Part shown: positions 30,025 to 40,715 of the stretch, piece after piece
How positions within the stretch are numbered: the first letter of the stretch is position 1
How the letters are laid out: the number at the start of each line of letters is the position of its first letter
Assembly: GCA_001567115.1 (NCBI GenBank)
Contig: LMZT01000178.1
Coordinates: forward strand, 4,472 to 68,471
DNA length: 64,000 nucleotides
Direction of reading: 5' to 3'
Origin: Candidatus Hinthialibacteria bacterium OLB16
GTDB lineage: Bacteria > Hinthialibacterota > Hinthialibacteria > OLB16
The notes under the pieces: generated by a model
Database searches by the model: none
Told to the model about the DNA's origin: nothing
Seen by the model: only the letters and a program-made list of their open reading frames with translations
Program-made: the position numbers and the translations under genes

Positions 30025-30929
30025 TGGCCCCCACCGGCAATCATTTTCAGTGCATGCAGGACAGAGGGAAACAGGGCATCCAGCGATTCTTCAGTTCCCT
30101 TGCGTGAACCTGGAAGATTGATAATCAGGGTCTTGCCACGTGCTCCCGCCTTTCCACGTCCCAGCATGGCGCGTGGTGTTCTTTCATTTCCATAGGCGAT
30201 GGCCGCCTGGATTATCCCCGGGGCTTCGCGGTCGAGTATTTCCGCAGTCGCTTCCGGTGTGAAATCTCTCGGACTCAGGCCAGTCCCACCGGTAGTAATG
30301 ACCAGATCCAGCTGGTCGGCATCTGAATATTTTATGAGCAGCTGTTTGATCTGCTCGGGTTCATCCGGGATGATCCTGTAGTCGATGACCTCCACACCAT
30401 CTTTTTTCAATCGGTCAACAATGGCCAATCCGGCTGTGTCTGATTTCTTTCCGGCAGCGATTGTATCCGACATGACAACCACCGCTCCACGCGGTGGGAC
30501 AGTGAACTTCTCTTTCCAGGCGGATTTGCCACCCTTTTTGGACTCAAGCCGGATTTCGCTGATGAGGAGATGTTCATCAACCATTTTGAGCATGTCATAG
30601 AGGGTCAATGCTGCAACTGATGCTGCAGTCATGGCTTCGACCTCAACCCCGGTTTTATAGGTGTTTTTGACTGTGACAGTGGATTTGATCGAGGAATCCG
30701 AAAGCTCGAATGCAACCTCAACCCACTCGACAGGAATCGGATGACAGAAGGGAATAATCCGGCTGGTGTCTTTGGCAGCCTGGATGGCAGCGACACGGGC
30801 AACCGGAAGCGGGTCACCCTTGGGAATCTTTCCATCTTTTATCAGATCGATTGTCGCCGGTGAAACCGACAGTATCGAAACCGCAGTCGCACATCGTGCG
30901 GAATTTGTCTTTGAGGAGATATCGAACAT
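30021..30929 (-). CDS. moaC: Bifunctional cyclic pyranopterin monophosphate synthase MoaC / MoaB-Mog-type molybdopterin adenylyltransferase domain
   Basis: 302 aa. The N-terminal half is MoaC (KGDPLPVARVAAIQAAKDTSRIIPFCHPI). The C-terminal half is MogA/MoaB-like (VVVMSDT...DLVITTGGTGLSPRD). Confidence 0.85.
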   Translation of the reverse strand: MFDISSKTNSARCATAVSILSVSPATIDLIKDGKIPKGDPLPVARVAAIQAAKDTSRIIPFCHPIPVEWVEVAFELSDSSIKSTVTVKNTYKTGVEVEAMTAASVAALTLYDMLKMVDEHLLISEIRLESKKGGKSAWKEKFTVPPRGAVVVMSDTIAAGKKSDTAGLAIVDRLKKDGVEVIDYRIIPDEPEQIKQLLIKYSDADQLDLVITTGGTGLSPRDFTPEATAEILDREAPGIIQAAIAYGNERTPRAMLGRGKAGARGKTLIINLPGSRKGTEESLDALFPSVLHALKMIAGGGH

Positions 30930-30931
30930 CC

Positions 30932-31930
30932 CTATCCTCCAATTGCAACCATGGGGCTTTCAACCAGAAACTCACCCTCATTGAAGGATTGATGGCCGGA
31001 GGGTTTTCTGTCAAGGCACTGCCGGATGAAGGTTTCAATCTCAACATCGGTCGCTCCATCACGGAGCAGATTCCGCACATTCCCATCCTCGGGTCCGAAA
31101 AGGCAGGTTTTCACTCCACCTGTTGCAGACAGACGAAGCCTGCTGCAACTCTCACAAAACTCCTCAGTCATCGATGAAATAATTCCGATGGATCCCTTCA
31201 TTCCTTCGATCTGGTAGGGGCGTGCGACCTGATCCGGTTCCTCGCTTCCTGCCGGCATAAATGAAAATCTTTCACCGATTATCTGCCGTATGGCCGCAGC
31301 CGGTATCAGTTTCTGACGGTTCCAGCCATTGGATCGGAATGGCATGAACTCGATGAACCTCAGATGCACCGGCTTTTCAAAGAAGTATTCGATGAAGTCG
31401 GAAATTTCATCATCGTTGAAATCTTTCATGACAACCATATTGATTTTGATCGGGCTGAATGCCCCGGCGATGGCCGCTTCAATCCCCTCGAGGACTTTTT
31501 CGATTCGCCCCACCCGGGTGATCTGAAGGAACCTGTCCTGGTTCAGAGTGTCGAGGCTGATGTTGACTGACTTCAATCCAGCATTCCTTAGAGGTTCTGC
31601 GTAGTCGGTCAGCAGAATGCCATTTGTCGTCAATCCAACCTTATCAATTCCAGAAGTTTGTGAGATCGATGAAATCAGATTGGGCAGGCCTTTTCTGAGT
31701 AACGGCTCCCCACCGGTCAATCTGACCTTGTTGATGCCCATCTCGGCAAAGATCTGAAGCACCCGTGAGATTTCTTCAAAGGTGAGCAGGTCGAAATGGC
31801 TGGCGAGAGCAATCCCTTCCTCCGGCATGCAGTAGGTGCAGCGCAGGTTGCAACGGTCCGTGACCGAGATCCTGAGATATGTGTGCCTTCGGCCGAAGCG
31901 GTCGATTAAGGGTGCCCGCATGAACTGCAT
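30932..31930 (-). CDS. moaA: GTP 3',8-cyclase (radical SAM)
   Basis: 332 aa. LRISVTDRCNLRCTYCMPEEG and a C-terminal Cys cluster. The start could instead be the ATG at 31921. Confidence 0.93.
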   Translation of the reverse strand: MQFMRAPLIDRFGRRHTYLRISVTDRCNLRCTYCMPEEGIALASHFDLLTFEEISRVLQIFAEMGINKVRLTGGEPLLRKGLPNLISSISQTSGIDKVGLTTNGILLTDYAEPLRNAGLKSVNISLDTLNQDRFLQITRVGRIEKVLEGIEAAIAGAFSPIKINMVVMKDFNDDEISDFIEYFFEKPVHLRFIEFMPFRSNGWNRQKLIPAAAIRQIIGERFSFMPAGSEEPDQVARPYQIEGMKGSIGIISSMTEEFCESCSRLRLSATGGVKTCLFGPEDGNVRNLLRDGATDVEIETFIRQCLDRKPSGHQSFNEGEFLVESPMVAIGG

Positions 31931-32355
31931 CCTTGATCGCTCATGGCATGTATCCAGGTGGAATCCGCCTCGCGGTAATGTTCTTTTTTCCAGATTGGAA
32001 CTCTTTTTTTGACTTCATCGATTACATAACGGCAGGCATCGAAGGCAGCCTCACGGTGGCCCGCGGAAACACCAATCCAGACTGCGATTTCGCCCAGCTC
32101 AAGAGTTCCCACTCTGTGGCAGCACACCGCCTTGTGAATCTCAAATCTCTGCATGACTTCTTCGATGATGCTGGAACCTTCCTTTGTCGCCAGGGGTTCA
32201 TAGGCTTCATATTCAAGCCGGTCGACTCTTTTATTGTCATTGATACAGCGCACCCAGCCTTCGAATGTGGTGAATGCGCCTGACTCTTCATCCTGAAATT
32301 GAGCTTTCAGCTGGGCTGTATCGATCGGTTCGCGGGTTATGGAAAACATGGTCAT
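31906..32355 (-). CDS. moaE: Molybdopterin synthase catalytic subunit
   Basis: 149 aa. GAFTTFEGWVR...EYEAY and PIWKKE motifs. It overlaps the moaD stop and the moaA start. Confidence 0.85.
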   Translation of the reverse strand: MTMFSITREPIDTAQLKAQFQDEESGAFTTFEGWVRCINDNKRVDRLEYEAYEPLATKEGSSIIEEVMQRFEIHKAVCCHRVGTLELGEIAVWIGVSAGHREAAFDACRYVIDEVKKRVPIWKKEHYREADSTWIHAMSDQGCSSCGHP

Positions 32356-32630
32356 CCACCTGCCACAGGGGTCATGAAGACCACTTTGTCACCATTTTTT
32401 ATGACCGAAGAAAATGAGCCGAATTCATCATTGATCGCCACAGAAAGAATGTTCCTCGGATAAGGAATCAGGTTCTGAGAGGCCAGTTCCTTGAAAAGCT
32501 CATCGATATCCTCAGCGCATGTCATCACGCTTTCCCGTGAAAGCCCACGGGACTCCCGGATTGCGCCATAATATTCAAGGATAATTTCTTTATGGGGTTT
32601 ATCTGCAGCGGTTTCAGATATTTTTGACAT
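32352..32630 (-). CDS. moaD: Molybdopterin synthase sulfur-carrier subunit (MoaD/ThiS family)
   Basis: 92 aa ending in ...TPVAGG (C-terminal Gly-Gly). It is the first gene of the moaD-moaE-moaA-moaC/B-moeA string. Confidence 0.8.
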   Translation of the reverse strand: MSKISETAADKPHKEIILEYYGAIRESRGLSRESVMTCAEDIDELFKELASQNLIPYPRNILSVAINDEFGSFSSVIKNGDKVVFMTPVAGG

Positions 32631-32796
32631 ATTTCAAGTTTCTTTTGAAAGCGGGCGCTTCGACCCTAATTCCGATAATTATCGAACCAGATTAATTGTA
32701 CCCGAAGAAGGCCTCTTTGTAAATTACAGGGCTGCCTTTCTGATCCTGATGGGACGGATTGACTTGACTTTTAAATATAATCGGGTAAGACTTTTC

Positions 32797-32810
32797 TATA
32801 ATAATTATTC
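32797..32810. promoter_or_regulatory. Candidate Fur/PerR-type operator overlapping a TATAAT -10 hexamer upstream of the Fur-family gene
   Basis: TATAAT at 32797-32802. The 5-1-5 palindrome ATAAT-A-ATTAT lies at 32798-32808, and 11 of 14 defined positions match the 7-1-7 PerR/Fur box TTATAATnATTATAA. It sits about 20 nt upstream of the ATG at 32828. Confidence 0.35.
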
Positions 32811-32827
32811 TTAAATAGGATCGATTC

Positions 32828-33292
32828 ATGAAAGTCGATGAGTTTGAGGTTTCGCGCCGGGTGGAGGAATTTAAGAGCGCCATCCAAAAAGCGGGGGCGA
32901 AGCTGACACATCAACGGCTCATTATCTTCCAGGAAGTGGCCTCAAGCCTCGAACACCCTGACGCGGAAACAGTTTTCCGCGCAGTGAGAAAACAGATCCC
33001 GACCATTTCCCTCGATACAGTCTACAGAACACTGAACTTTCTGAGTGATCTTGGTGTCGTTTCATCGCTCAGTCCATGCCGGGAACGAATGCGATTTGAC
33101 GCAAACCTGTCCCGTCATCACCACTATGTCTGCCTGGAATGTGGAAAGGTTATGGATTTCAAAAGCATGGAACTCGACGAGATCACGCTCCCGGTATCGG
33201 CCATGGAAAATGGAAGCATTGTTTCAACTCATGTCGAAGTACGAGGAATCTGCAATCTCTGCCTGAAAAGGCAAACAGAAAAAACAGACTGA
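32828..33292 (+). CDS. Fur-family transcriptional regulator (PerR-like, by context)
   Basis: 154 aa. Winged-helix N-terminus, HHHYVCLECGKVMDF and CNLC metal sites. It lies directly upstream of the catalase gene with only a 48-nt gap. Confidence 0.85.
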   Translation: MKVDEFEVSRRVEEFKSAIQKAGAKLTHQRLIIFQEVASSLEHPDAETVFRAVRKQIPTISLDTVYRTLNFLSDLGVVSSLSPCRERMRFDANLSRHHHYVCLECGKVMDFKSMELDEITLPVSAMENGSIVSTHVEVRGICNLCLKRQTEKTD

Positions 33293-33340
33293 AAAATCAG
33301 TCTCGATTGAAAAAAGCCTGGAAAAGAAAGGAGCAGGACC

Positions 33341-34798
33341 ATGACAGAGAAAAACAAACTGACCAGCGCAGCTGGCACACCGATCGTCGACAACCAGAAT
33401 GTTATGACAGCTGGCCGCCATGGCCCGATGTTGCTGCAGGATGTATGGTTTCTGGAGAAACTGGCCCATTTCGACCGTGAAGTCATTCCCGAAAGAAGGA
33501 TGCATGCCAAAGGTTCCGGTGCGTTTGGGACATTCACAGTCACCCATGATATTACGAAATACACCAGGGCCAGGGTCTTTTCGGAGGTTGGGAAAAAAAC
33601 AGACCTGTTTGTTCGTTTTTCAACTGTGGCCGGTGAGCGTGGTGCGGCGGATGCCGAGCGCGATATCCGGGGATTTGCGGTCAAGTTTTACACCGAAGAA
33701 GGCAACTGGGATCTGGTCGGCAACAATACACCCGTTTTTTTCCTTCGTGACCCATTGAAATTTCCCGATTTGAACCATGCGGTCAAGCGGGATCCGCGGA
33801 CCAATCTTCGCAGTGCGAGAAACAACTGGGACTTCTGGACATCCCTGCCTGAGGCACTCCACCAGATTACCATCACCATGAGTGATCGAGGCATTCCAGC
33901 CTCATACAGGCACATGCATGGCTTTGGCAGCCATACATTCAGCTTCATCAATGCGGCCAGGGAGCGTTATTGGGTCAAATTCCATCTTCGAACACAACAA
34001 GGCATTAAAAACCTGTCCGATGCAGAAGCCGCAGAAATGATCGGCCAGAACCGTGAAAGCCATCAGCAGGACCTCTATGATGCGATCGAGAAAAAAGACT
34101 TTCCGCGATGGACAATGTTTATTCAGGTGATGCCAGAAAAAGAAGCAGGCCAGTGTCCATACAACCCTTTCGATCTGACAAAGGTCTGGTTCCACAAAGA
34201 TTATCCATTGATTGAGGTGGGCATCCTCGAACTGAACAGAAATCCGGAAAACTATTTTGCCGAAGTGGAACAGTCGGCTTTCAATCCGGCCAATGTGGTT
34301 CCTGGAATTGGATTCTCACCCGACAAAATGCTGCAGGGCCGGCTGTTTTCCTATGGAGATGCGCAGCGTTACCGCCTTGGTGTCAATCACAACATGATCC
34401 CGGTTAATGCGCCACGATGCCCTGCCCACAGTTATCACCGTGATGGACTCATGCGTGTCGATAACAACCAGGGCAGTACTCTGGGGTATGAGCCAAACAG
34501 TTATGGGGAATGGCAGCAGCAGCCCGCTTATGCTGAACCTCCCCTCGGCCTGGATGGAGCGGCAGATCATTGGGATCATCGAGAGGATGATGATTACTAC
34601 ACCCAGCCCGGCATGCTCTTCCGGTTGATGAAACCTGGGCAGCAGCAGGCATTGTTCGAGAACACAGCTCGTGCGATGGGTGATGCTCCGAAAGAAATAA
34701 AAGTCCGCCACATCGGCAACTGTTTCAAGGCGGATCCGGCTTATGGCCAGGGGGTCGCAAAAGCGCTTGGGATCTCCATGAAGGAAGTTCCAGGCTGA
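33341..34798 (+). CDS. katA: Monofunctional heme catalase
   Basis: 485 aa. [33 protein letters not shown], and the proximal Tyr region [14 protein letters not shown]. Confidence 0.95.
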   Translation: MTEKNKLTSAAGTPIVDNQNVMTAGRHGPMLLQDVWFLEKLAHFDREVIPERRMHAKGSGAFGTFTVTHDITKYTRARVFSEVGKKTDLFVRFSTVAGERGAADAERDIRGFAVKFYTEEGNWDLVGNNTPVFFLRDPLKFPDLNHAVKRDPRTNLRSARNNWDFWTSLPEALHQITITMSDRGIPASYRHMHGFGSHTFSFINAARERYWVKFHLRTQQGIKNLSDAEAAEMIGQNRESHQQDLYDAIEKKDFPRWTMFIQVMPEKEAGQCPYNPFDLTKVWFHKDYPLIEVGILELNRNPENYFAEVEQSAFNPANVVPGIGFSPDKMLQGRLFSYGDAQRYRLGVNHNMIPVNAPRCPAHSYHRDGLMRVDNNQGSTLGYEPNSYGEWQQQPAYAEPPLGLDGAADHWDHREDDDYYTQPGMLFRLMKPGQQQALFENTARAMGDAPKEIKVRHIGNCFKADPAYGQGVAKALGISMKEVPG

Positions 34799-34874
34799 TA
34801 CAGGTGTTTTTATGATTGACCGGCAGCAGAGATGGACAATGAGCCATCGATGCTGCCGGTCATGGATTCATGAC

Positions 34875-35990
34875 TCACTCAAGAATTTCGAGGCCGATGG
34901 TGTCAAACATCGCCGCTGCCCCATGGTCCCCGGTATTGTTCAGGTAGAGCGCAATTGTGAATACTTTTCCTCTTTCAGGGACAAGGAACTCCACGGACCG
35001 TGCCTGCCACACATCACTTCCGGTCTCGAAATCAATGGCTCCCAAAATCCGCAATGGAATCTGATTTCCATCCCGGCCAATGTAAGGGCTGTCCGGGGCA
35101 AACCGGTAGGCTCCTTTATCCGGTGTGGGAATTCCCAGGGCAACAACTGCCTGCCCGATGCAATTGCTTTTGACGAGCGCGGACAGGCGCACTTTTTTTC
35201 CGTTTAAAGGAGGCTGGTCTGCCAGCCTCTGGAAAAGAACCTGCCTTCCACGGGGGCTGTAGTGGAGTTCCGCCACCAGGTTTTCACCCGATCCGCCAAG
35301 CGGAACACGAACATAATTGTAGTTGCTGGCATCCCTGACCTGCCAGGCGGATGGAGTCCTGGATTGTTCCGGCCAATCCTGAAATGAAGAATTTTTGAGG
35401 AGTGATACAGAATCCAAACTCGCTGGCGAAGGAGGCATGGAAAGCGGTTCTTTCCGGATCTCCTCCAAGATCTCGATGATTCGTTCGGCAGGTGTGAACC
35501 CCTCGATAATTCTTCGAATTTTGAACTGCTGGTCAAATATAAAAAGTTGAGGATAAACACGAATCCTCTGGGGATCGAAACCTCGGTAAACATCCTTGCG
35601 GTTTTCCGGTGGAAGATCATATATGGGCAAGGTCATCCGCATCCGATCCCAGGTTTCCTTGATATATGCAGCCGGCCATTTGCCCTCATCCCTGTCGGGT
35701 GCGCACAGCAGAACCGGAACCTGTGGCTGAAGAGCCGAAAAGCGCTGTATTTCTTCGGCCTGCCTGCGCCCAAGCCCATCCATGATCTGGACCACACACA
35801 TCACATTCAAATCCGCTTTATTCCAGACCACCTGGGCGGCATCAGCGGGGTAGCGCCCCAGAAGAACCGGCGGGGTCAATCCCCCCTCCCAGAATCCATA
35901 CAGGTTGGCTGGCCAGGCTCGATCTCCAGAACCAGCCAACAGGAATGCGGCCAGGCTGACAGGGAATAAGAATGCTCTAGTCATTGCCAT
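34875..35990 (-). CDS. Hypothetical exported protein (thioredoxin-fold-like N-terminal half without CxxC)
   Basis: 371 aa with signal peptide MAMTRAFLFPVSLAAFLLAG. The fold suggestion is weak and I recognise no family. Confidence 0.55.
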   Translation of the reverse strand: MAMTRAFLFPVSLAAFLLAGSGDRAWPANLYGFWEGGLTPPVLLGRYPADAAQVVWNKADLNVMCVVQIMDGLGRRQAEEIQRFSALQPQVPVLLCAPDRDEGKWPAAYIKETWDRMRMTLPIYDLPPENRKDVYRGFDPQRIRVYPQLFIFDQQFKIRRIIEGFTPAERIIEILEEIRKEPLSMPPSPASLDSVSLLKNSSFQDWPEQSRTPSAWQVRDASNYNYVRVPLGGSGENLVAELHYSPRGRQVLFQRLADQPPLNGKKVRLSALVKSNCIGQAVVALGIPTPDKGAYRFAPDSPYIGRDGNQIPLRILGAIDFETGSDVWQARSVEFLVPERGKVFTIALYLNNTGDHGAAAMFDTIGLEILE

Positions 35991-36139
35991 AAAAGTAACG
36001 TTCCGATAAAGTCATCGATTGCAGATCCTCTCCAAGGGACATTAACAAAGATCCCCGGTGCTGGAAACTCATCGATGAACGACGATTTGATTCGGTTGTT
36101 GAATGAATCCGCCCCGGGATTTAATGAAAGGGAAAATTT

Positions 36140-37459
36140 ATGGCTACACTGACGAAAACTCCGGCTGCCGATTACAAGGTGGCGGACCTTTCGCTTGCCG
36201 AATGGGGCCGAAAGGAAATCGAAATCGCCGAAACCGAAATGCCGGGGCTGATGGCTCTCCGCAAGGAGTATGGCGATTCGAAACCTCTGAAAGGGGCGCG
36301 GATCGGCGGGTGTCTCCACATGACCATCCAGACCGCAGTCCTGATCGAAACCCTCGAACATCTCGGAGCGACTGTCCGTTGGTCTTCCTGCAATATATTT
36401 TCGACCCAGGATCACGCCGCCGCCGCCCTGGCAGCCAAAGGCACACCGGTGTTCGCCTGGAAAGGTGAAACCCAGGAGGAATTCTGGTGGTGCATCGAAC
36501 AGACCATCTACTGGCCGGATGGGAAGCCACTCAACATGATACTCGATGATGGCGGCGATCTGACCCTGGTAATACACCAGAAAATGCCTGAACTGCTTGC
36601 CGGAATCCGGGGTATTTCCGAAGAAACCACAACAGGTGTTCATCGCCTGTATGAAATGGAGCGGAATGGCACCCTCGGCTGCCCCTCGATCAATGTCAAC
36701 GACTCAGTCACCAAGAGCAAATTCGATAACCTGTATGGCTGCCGTGAATCGCTCATCGATGGGATCAAGCGCGCCACGGATGTGATGATCGCCGGAAAGC
36801 TGGCAGTGGTGTGTGGTTATGGGGATGTCGGCAAAGGCTGTGCCCAGTCACTGCAGAAATTTGGAGCACGGGTGGTGGTGACTGAAGTGGATCCCATCTG
36901 TGCCCTGCAGGCGGCGATGGAGGGTTACCAGGTTCTTCGTCTGGAGGATGTTGTCTCGGAGGCGGATATTTTCGTGACCTCCACCGGCTGCTGCCATGTC
37001 ATCCGTCGGGAGCACCTCGATGCGATGCGTGACCAGGCGATTGTGTGCAATATCGGCCACTTCGATATCGAAATCGATGTCGACTCGGTGTTTAAGGACC
37101 CTAACCTCAAGCGGGTCGAAATCAAACCCCAGGTCGACCAGGTCATCTGGCCGGATGGCAAGCGTGTCACAATCCTGGCTGAAGGGCGGCTTGTGAACCT
37201 GGGATGTGCGACCGGCCACCCCAGCTTCGTGATGTCGAACTCATTCACCAATCAGGTTCTGGCTCAGATCGAACTCTGGCAGAACGCGGAAAATTACCAG
37301 AAGAAGGTCTATGTCCTTCCGAAACACCTGGATGAGAAGGTGGCAAGGCTTCACCTCGAGCGCATCGGGGCACGCTTGACCCAGCTGTCACCAGAGCAGG
37401 CCGAATACCTGATGCTGCCGGTGGATGGACCCTATAAACCGGATTACTACCGTTATTGA
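36140..37459 (+). CDS. ahcY: Adenosylhomocysteinase
   Basis: 439 aa. [26 protein letters not shown], and the NAD site [12 protein letters not shown]. Confidence 0.95.
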   Translation: MATLTKTPAADYKVADLSLAEWGRKEIEIAETEMPGLMALRKEYGDSKPLKGARIGGCLHMTIQTAVLIETLEHLGATVRWSSCNIFSTQDHAAAALAAKGTPVFAWKGETQEEFWWCIEQTIYWPDGKPLNMILDDGGDLTLVIHQKMPELLAGIRGISEETTTGVHRLYEMERNGTLGCPSINVNDSVTKSKFDNLYGCRESLIDGIKRATDVMIAGKLAVVCGYGDVGKGCAQSLQKFGARVVVTEVDPICALQAAMEGYQVLRLEDVVSEADIFVTSTGCCHVIRREHLDAMRDQAIVCNIGHFDIEIDVDSVFKDPNLKRVEIKPQVDQVIWPDGKRVTILAEGRLVNLGCATGHPSFVMSNSFTNQVLAQIELWQNAENYQKKVYVLPKHLDEKVARLHLERIGARLTQLSPEQAEYLMLPVDGPYKPDYYRY

Positions 37460-37544
37460 GATCAGTGCAAACCAGAAACCCTGGTGGACTGAAGGGGATT
37501 GTTCCCGGAGTTCGCCAGGGTTTTTTGATTGGAGGCCATGAGAC

Positions 37545-38528
37545 TTGTTTGTAATCGGAGTTGATGCAGGAGCCACAAAAACCCATGCAATCGCCCTGGA
37601 AGATTCCGGGAAGGTGCTTGGAATCGGTCATGCCGGATGCGGCAGCCATGAGGCGATCGGCTTTGTCCGGGCCAGGGATGCTCTGGATGCAGCCATCAGA
37701 CAGGCGCTGGAGCAGGCAGGGAAACCTCTTCGAGATGCCCGGTTCGCTTCATTCTGTCTGGCAGGGGTGGATATCCAACACGACATGGTTCATGTCCCGA
37801 AGGAAATGCTCGAGCCAATCCTGGGCGGGGTTGCATTTCTCCTCAAAAACGATGCTTTCGGCTGCCTTCGAGGAGGAACCCGGGACCCATTCGGCATCAT
37901 GATCAATTGCGGTTCAGGGCAGGTCGCGGTTGGCCGGAATCGTGAAGGGGTTGAAATTCGAGTTGGCGGGTACGGCTGGGATTTCGGTGATTTCGGCGGC
38001 GGGAATGTAATGACACAATCGGCACTGGCTGCAGTGGTACGGGCAGATGATGGCCGTGGAGCCCCGACAGCGCTGCTCGATTTGATCCTTCAGGCTTCTG
38101 GCCATGCCACCATTCCGGATTTTCTCGAAAAGGCCTATCGTGATGGAGAATATGTCCGCAGCCTGGGAATCCCCAGGCTGGTTTTTCGCTCCTCGGCTGC
38201 CGGAGATTCGGTGGCGCGCAGCATCTTGAAATCGGTAGCCGAAGAGATGGCTGTCACAGCCAACACCCTGATCCGGCGGCTCAGGATGGAAAAAGAAGCA
38301 TTTGACCTGATCACCGCAGGGAGTGTGTTTCGAGGAGAGGATCCCTGGTTTCTCGAAACCATCCGCTCACTGGTTCTGCCTCATGCCCCTTCGGCCAACT
38401 TTCGATTCCCTCTCTATGCTCCGGCAGTCGGTGCGGGTCTGCTGGCGCTCGAGGCAGTGGGGATTCAGGCAACCGATTCTGTCTATGGCAACCTGGATCG
38501 GAGCCTTCCTGCTGAGTTCAGATCCTGA
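37545..38528 (+). CDS. BadF/BadG/BcrA/BcrD-type ATPase (N-acetylglucosamine-kinase-like)
   Basis: 327 aa. VIGVDAGATKTHAIA phosphate-1 motif. The TTG start has a GGAGG RBS 9 nt upstream. Confidence 0.78.
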   Translation: MFVIGVDAGATKTHAIALEDSGKVLGIGHAGCGSHEAIGFVRARDALDAAIRQALEQAGKPLRDARFASFCLAGVDIQHDMVHVPKEMLEPILGGVAFLLKNDAFGCLRGGTRDPFGIMINCGSGQVAVGRNREGVEIRVGGYGWDFGDFGGGNVMTQSALAAVVRADDGRGAPTALLDLILQASGHATIPDFLEKAYRDGEYVRSLGIPRLVFRSSAAGDSVARSILKSVAEEMAVTANTLIRRLRMEKEAFDLITAGSVFRGEDPWFLETIRSLVLPHAPSANFRFPLYAPAVGAGLLALEAVGIQATDSVYGNLDRSLPAEFRS

Positions 38529-38592
38529 AACTGTGCTGGCGCAGTCATCTGCCCGATATATAAAAAGTAATAACAATGGGAGCCAATAATCC

Positions 38593-39876
38593 ATGGTAAA
38601 AGTTGCTGTCATCGGTGGTGGGAGCTCCTACACTCCCGAACTCCTCGAAGGCCTCCTCGAGAGAAGGTCCAGCCTGAACCTTGACCGGATTTGCCTGATG
38701 GACATTGATTCTCAACGCCTCCAGATACTGTCGTCACTGGGAGAGCGGATGGCGGCAAAAATGGGAGCCGATATCCGGATCGAATCCACAACCCAGCCCG
38801 ATCAGGCAATCGATGGGGCCGATTATGTGATCACTCAGTTCCGGGTGGGGGGAATGGCCGCCCGCATACGGGATGAAAAGCTCGGGCTGCGCAATCATAT
38901 CATCGGCCAGGAGACCACCGGTATCGGTGGGTTTGCCAAGGCACTGCGAACCATTCCAGCCATACTCAATATCGCCGCGATTATCGAAAAAAGAGCTCCG
39001 CAGGCCTGGTTGATCAATTTTACAAATCCCGCCGGAATCATCACCGAATCTGTCCTCAAACATTCCAGTGTCCGGGTGGTCGGCCTCTGCAACATTCCGA
39101 TTGGTTATATCATGGCAGCGGCCAAGGCCTTTTCAGTTCCACCATCCAGCATCGAACTCGATTATGCCGGATTAAACCACCTCTCCTGGGTGCGTGGCTG
39201 CCGTGTGGATGGGATCGATCGATTCCCGGAGTTTCTTGAAATCATCGCCGGGGAATTTGAAGAGGAGGAGAAACCCTCCAGCAGGGCCATGGCGATGTGG
39301 ACCCGATTCCTCGGTGTCGTTCCCAATTACTACTTTGCCTATTACTTCTGCACAGCATTGGTCCTCGAGGAACTCAAAGCCCGTACACGGACACGTGGAG
39401 AAGAGGTGGTGGAGGTTGAAACCACCCTGTTTCAAAAATATGCCGATCCAGCTCTTTCAGAGAAACCGGCCGAACTGGAGAAGCGTGGAGGGGCCTTCTA
39501 TTCGACTGCGGCGGTCAACCTGATCGAATCCCTGGCCACAAACCGTGGCGATATTCAGGTGGTCAATGTCCGCAATAATTCAATTCTAAGCGAGCTTCCT
39601 CCCGAATGTGCAGTCGAGATCCCATGCCGAATCACCGGCTCGGGGCCGGTTCCTCTGCCTCAATCTCCCCTTCCACCGGAACATCGAGGGATGCTTCAGG
39701 TTGTGAAAGCCTATGAGGAATTAACTGTCCGGGCGGGAGCACTTGGGGATCGAAAGTCGGCCATTCTTGCCCTGGCCACTCACCCATTGGTCCGCCAGGT
39801 CAGTGAGGTTTCGCGTCTGTTTGATGAAATCCTGGAGGAGAATTGTCAGTTTTTGCCCCAGTTTGCCAGGTCATGA
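38593..39876 (+). CDS. Family 4 glycoside hydrolase (6-phospho-beta-glucosidase-like, NAD/Mn dependent)
   Basis: 427 aa. The KVAVIGGGSSYTPELLEGL N-terminus and the NFTNPAGI motif are typical of GH4. Confidence 0.83.
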   Translation: MVKVAVIGGGSSYTPELLEGLLERRSSLNLDRICLMDIDSQRLQILSSLGERMAAKMGADIRIESTTQPDQAIDGADYVITQFRVGGMAARIRDEKLGLRNHIIGQETTGIGGFAKALRTIPAILNIAAIIEKRAPQAWLINFTNPAGIITESVLKHSSVRVVGLCNIPIGYIMAAAKAFSVPPSSIELDYAGLNHLSWVRGCRVDGIDRFPEFLEIIAGEFEEEEKPSSRAMAMWTRFLGVVPNYYFAYYFCTALVLEELKARTRTRGEEVVEVETTLFQKYADPALSEKPAELEKRGGAFYSTAAVNLIESLATNRGDIQVVNVRNNSILSELPPECAVEIPCRITGSGPVPLPQSPLPPEHRGMLQVVKAYEELTVRAGALGDRKSAILALATHPLVRQVSEVSRLFDEILEENCQFLPQFARS

Positions 39877-39880
39877 CCCC

Positions 39881-40564
39881 TCAGGGGACATAGACCACAA
39901 TATCGCCGCGGCTGCTGGTTCCATTCGTAGGAGAATAAACCGGGTATTTCTGTCCAAACCCATCTTCCGAATCAGGTCCAATGCTCCATAACATGTACCC
40001 CTGGCTGGGATATTTCAACCGGGTTGGGCGAACATTCGGGGTGTTGTAGCTCATTGAATAACGATATGCGATCCCCCCGCCGAATCCACGGCAGTGGGCA
40101 ATTTTTGTGCTGGAGTAATGATACAGGAATGGGCGGTTCCCTGCCGCTGGATTCCCATGAAGCTGAAATGGATCATGGAGTTCGGCATTGGTGATATACT
40201 TGATCGGAGTGGTGACAACATATCCAACCGCTTCATAACTCCAGTAAGGCTCCTGATTGAAGACACCGCTTCTTCCCTTGCAGTCGGTGGTGGGCAGCCC
40301 TGTGTCCCCATCCTGGCCTGCCGCACCTTCAGCGCTGCGGTGGTTGAACGGGTACGAGTTGAAATCGGCAAAGTAAGAGGCATGGACTGTTTCCAGTGTT
40401 TTCAGCTCCGCACGCACTTTGGTGACCTTTGCACGCAGCTGGGCTTCGAGGAAATTGGGAAGCGCGATCGAAATCAGAATCAGGATAATTGCGATGACTA
40501 TGAGCAGCTCGATCAGGGTAAAGCCAAGCTGGCTCTTGATTGATAAAGGTCGGGCGCTAGTCAT
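39881..40564 (-). CDS. Prepilin-type N-terminal cleavage/methylation-domain protein (pseudopilin)
   Basis: 227 aa. QLGFTLIELLIVIAIILILISIALPNFLEAQLRAK. Confidence 0.85.
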   Translation of the reverse strand: MTSARPLSIKSQLGFTLIELLIVIAIILILISIALPNFLEAQLRAKVTKVRAELKTLETVHASYFADFNSYPFNHRSAEGAAGQDGDTGLPTTDCKGRSGVFNQEPYWSYEAVGYVVTTPIKYITNAELHDPFQLHGNPAAGNRPFLYHYSSTKIAHCRGFGGGIAYRYSMSYNTPNVRPTRLKYPSQGYMLWSIGPDSEDGFGQKYPVYSPTNGTSSRGDIVVYVP

Positions 40565-40715
40565 GATAAGCTCGATCTCCCTGGGCTGTCTGTGGTCAAT
40601 GGACCACCTTGGAACATTCTTTCATCCTGTCACTCCAAGATAACATAATGTTATATGAACTTCAAGTTTTTTGCAAAATATTCTTTGGGTCGCGAAAATC
40701 AGGCTCAAGCGGCAA

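Noticed and set aside
32631-32827. A Moco riboswitch upstream of moaD.
   Set aside because: The context is right, but reading the minus-strand leader I could not find the conserved Moco-motif elements, such as a CCUCC-containing 3' segment pairing with the RBS, or a convincing multi-stem architecture. This needs cmsearch with RF01055 to be certain.
35991-36139. A SAH riboswitch upstream of ahcY.
   Set aside because: The only structure is a short ATCCC/GGGAT pairing that encloses about 75 nt. No AGGCUC-type conserved core is visible.
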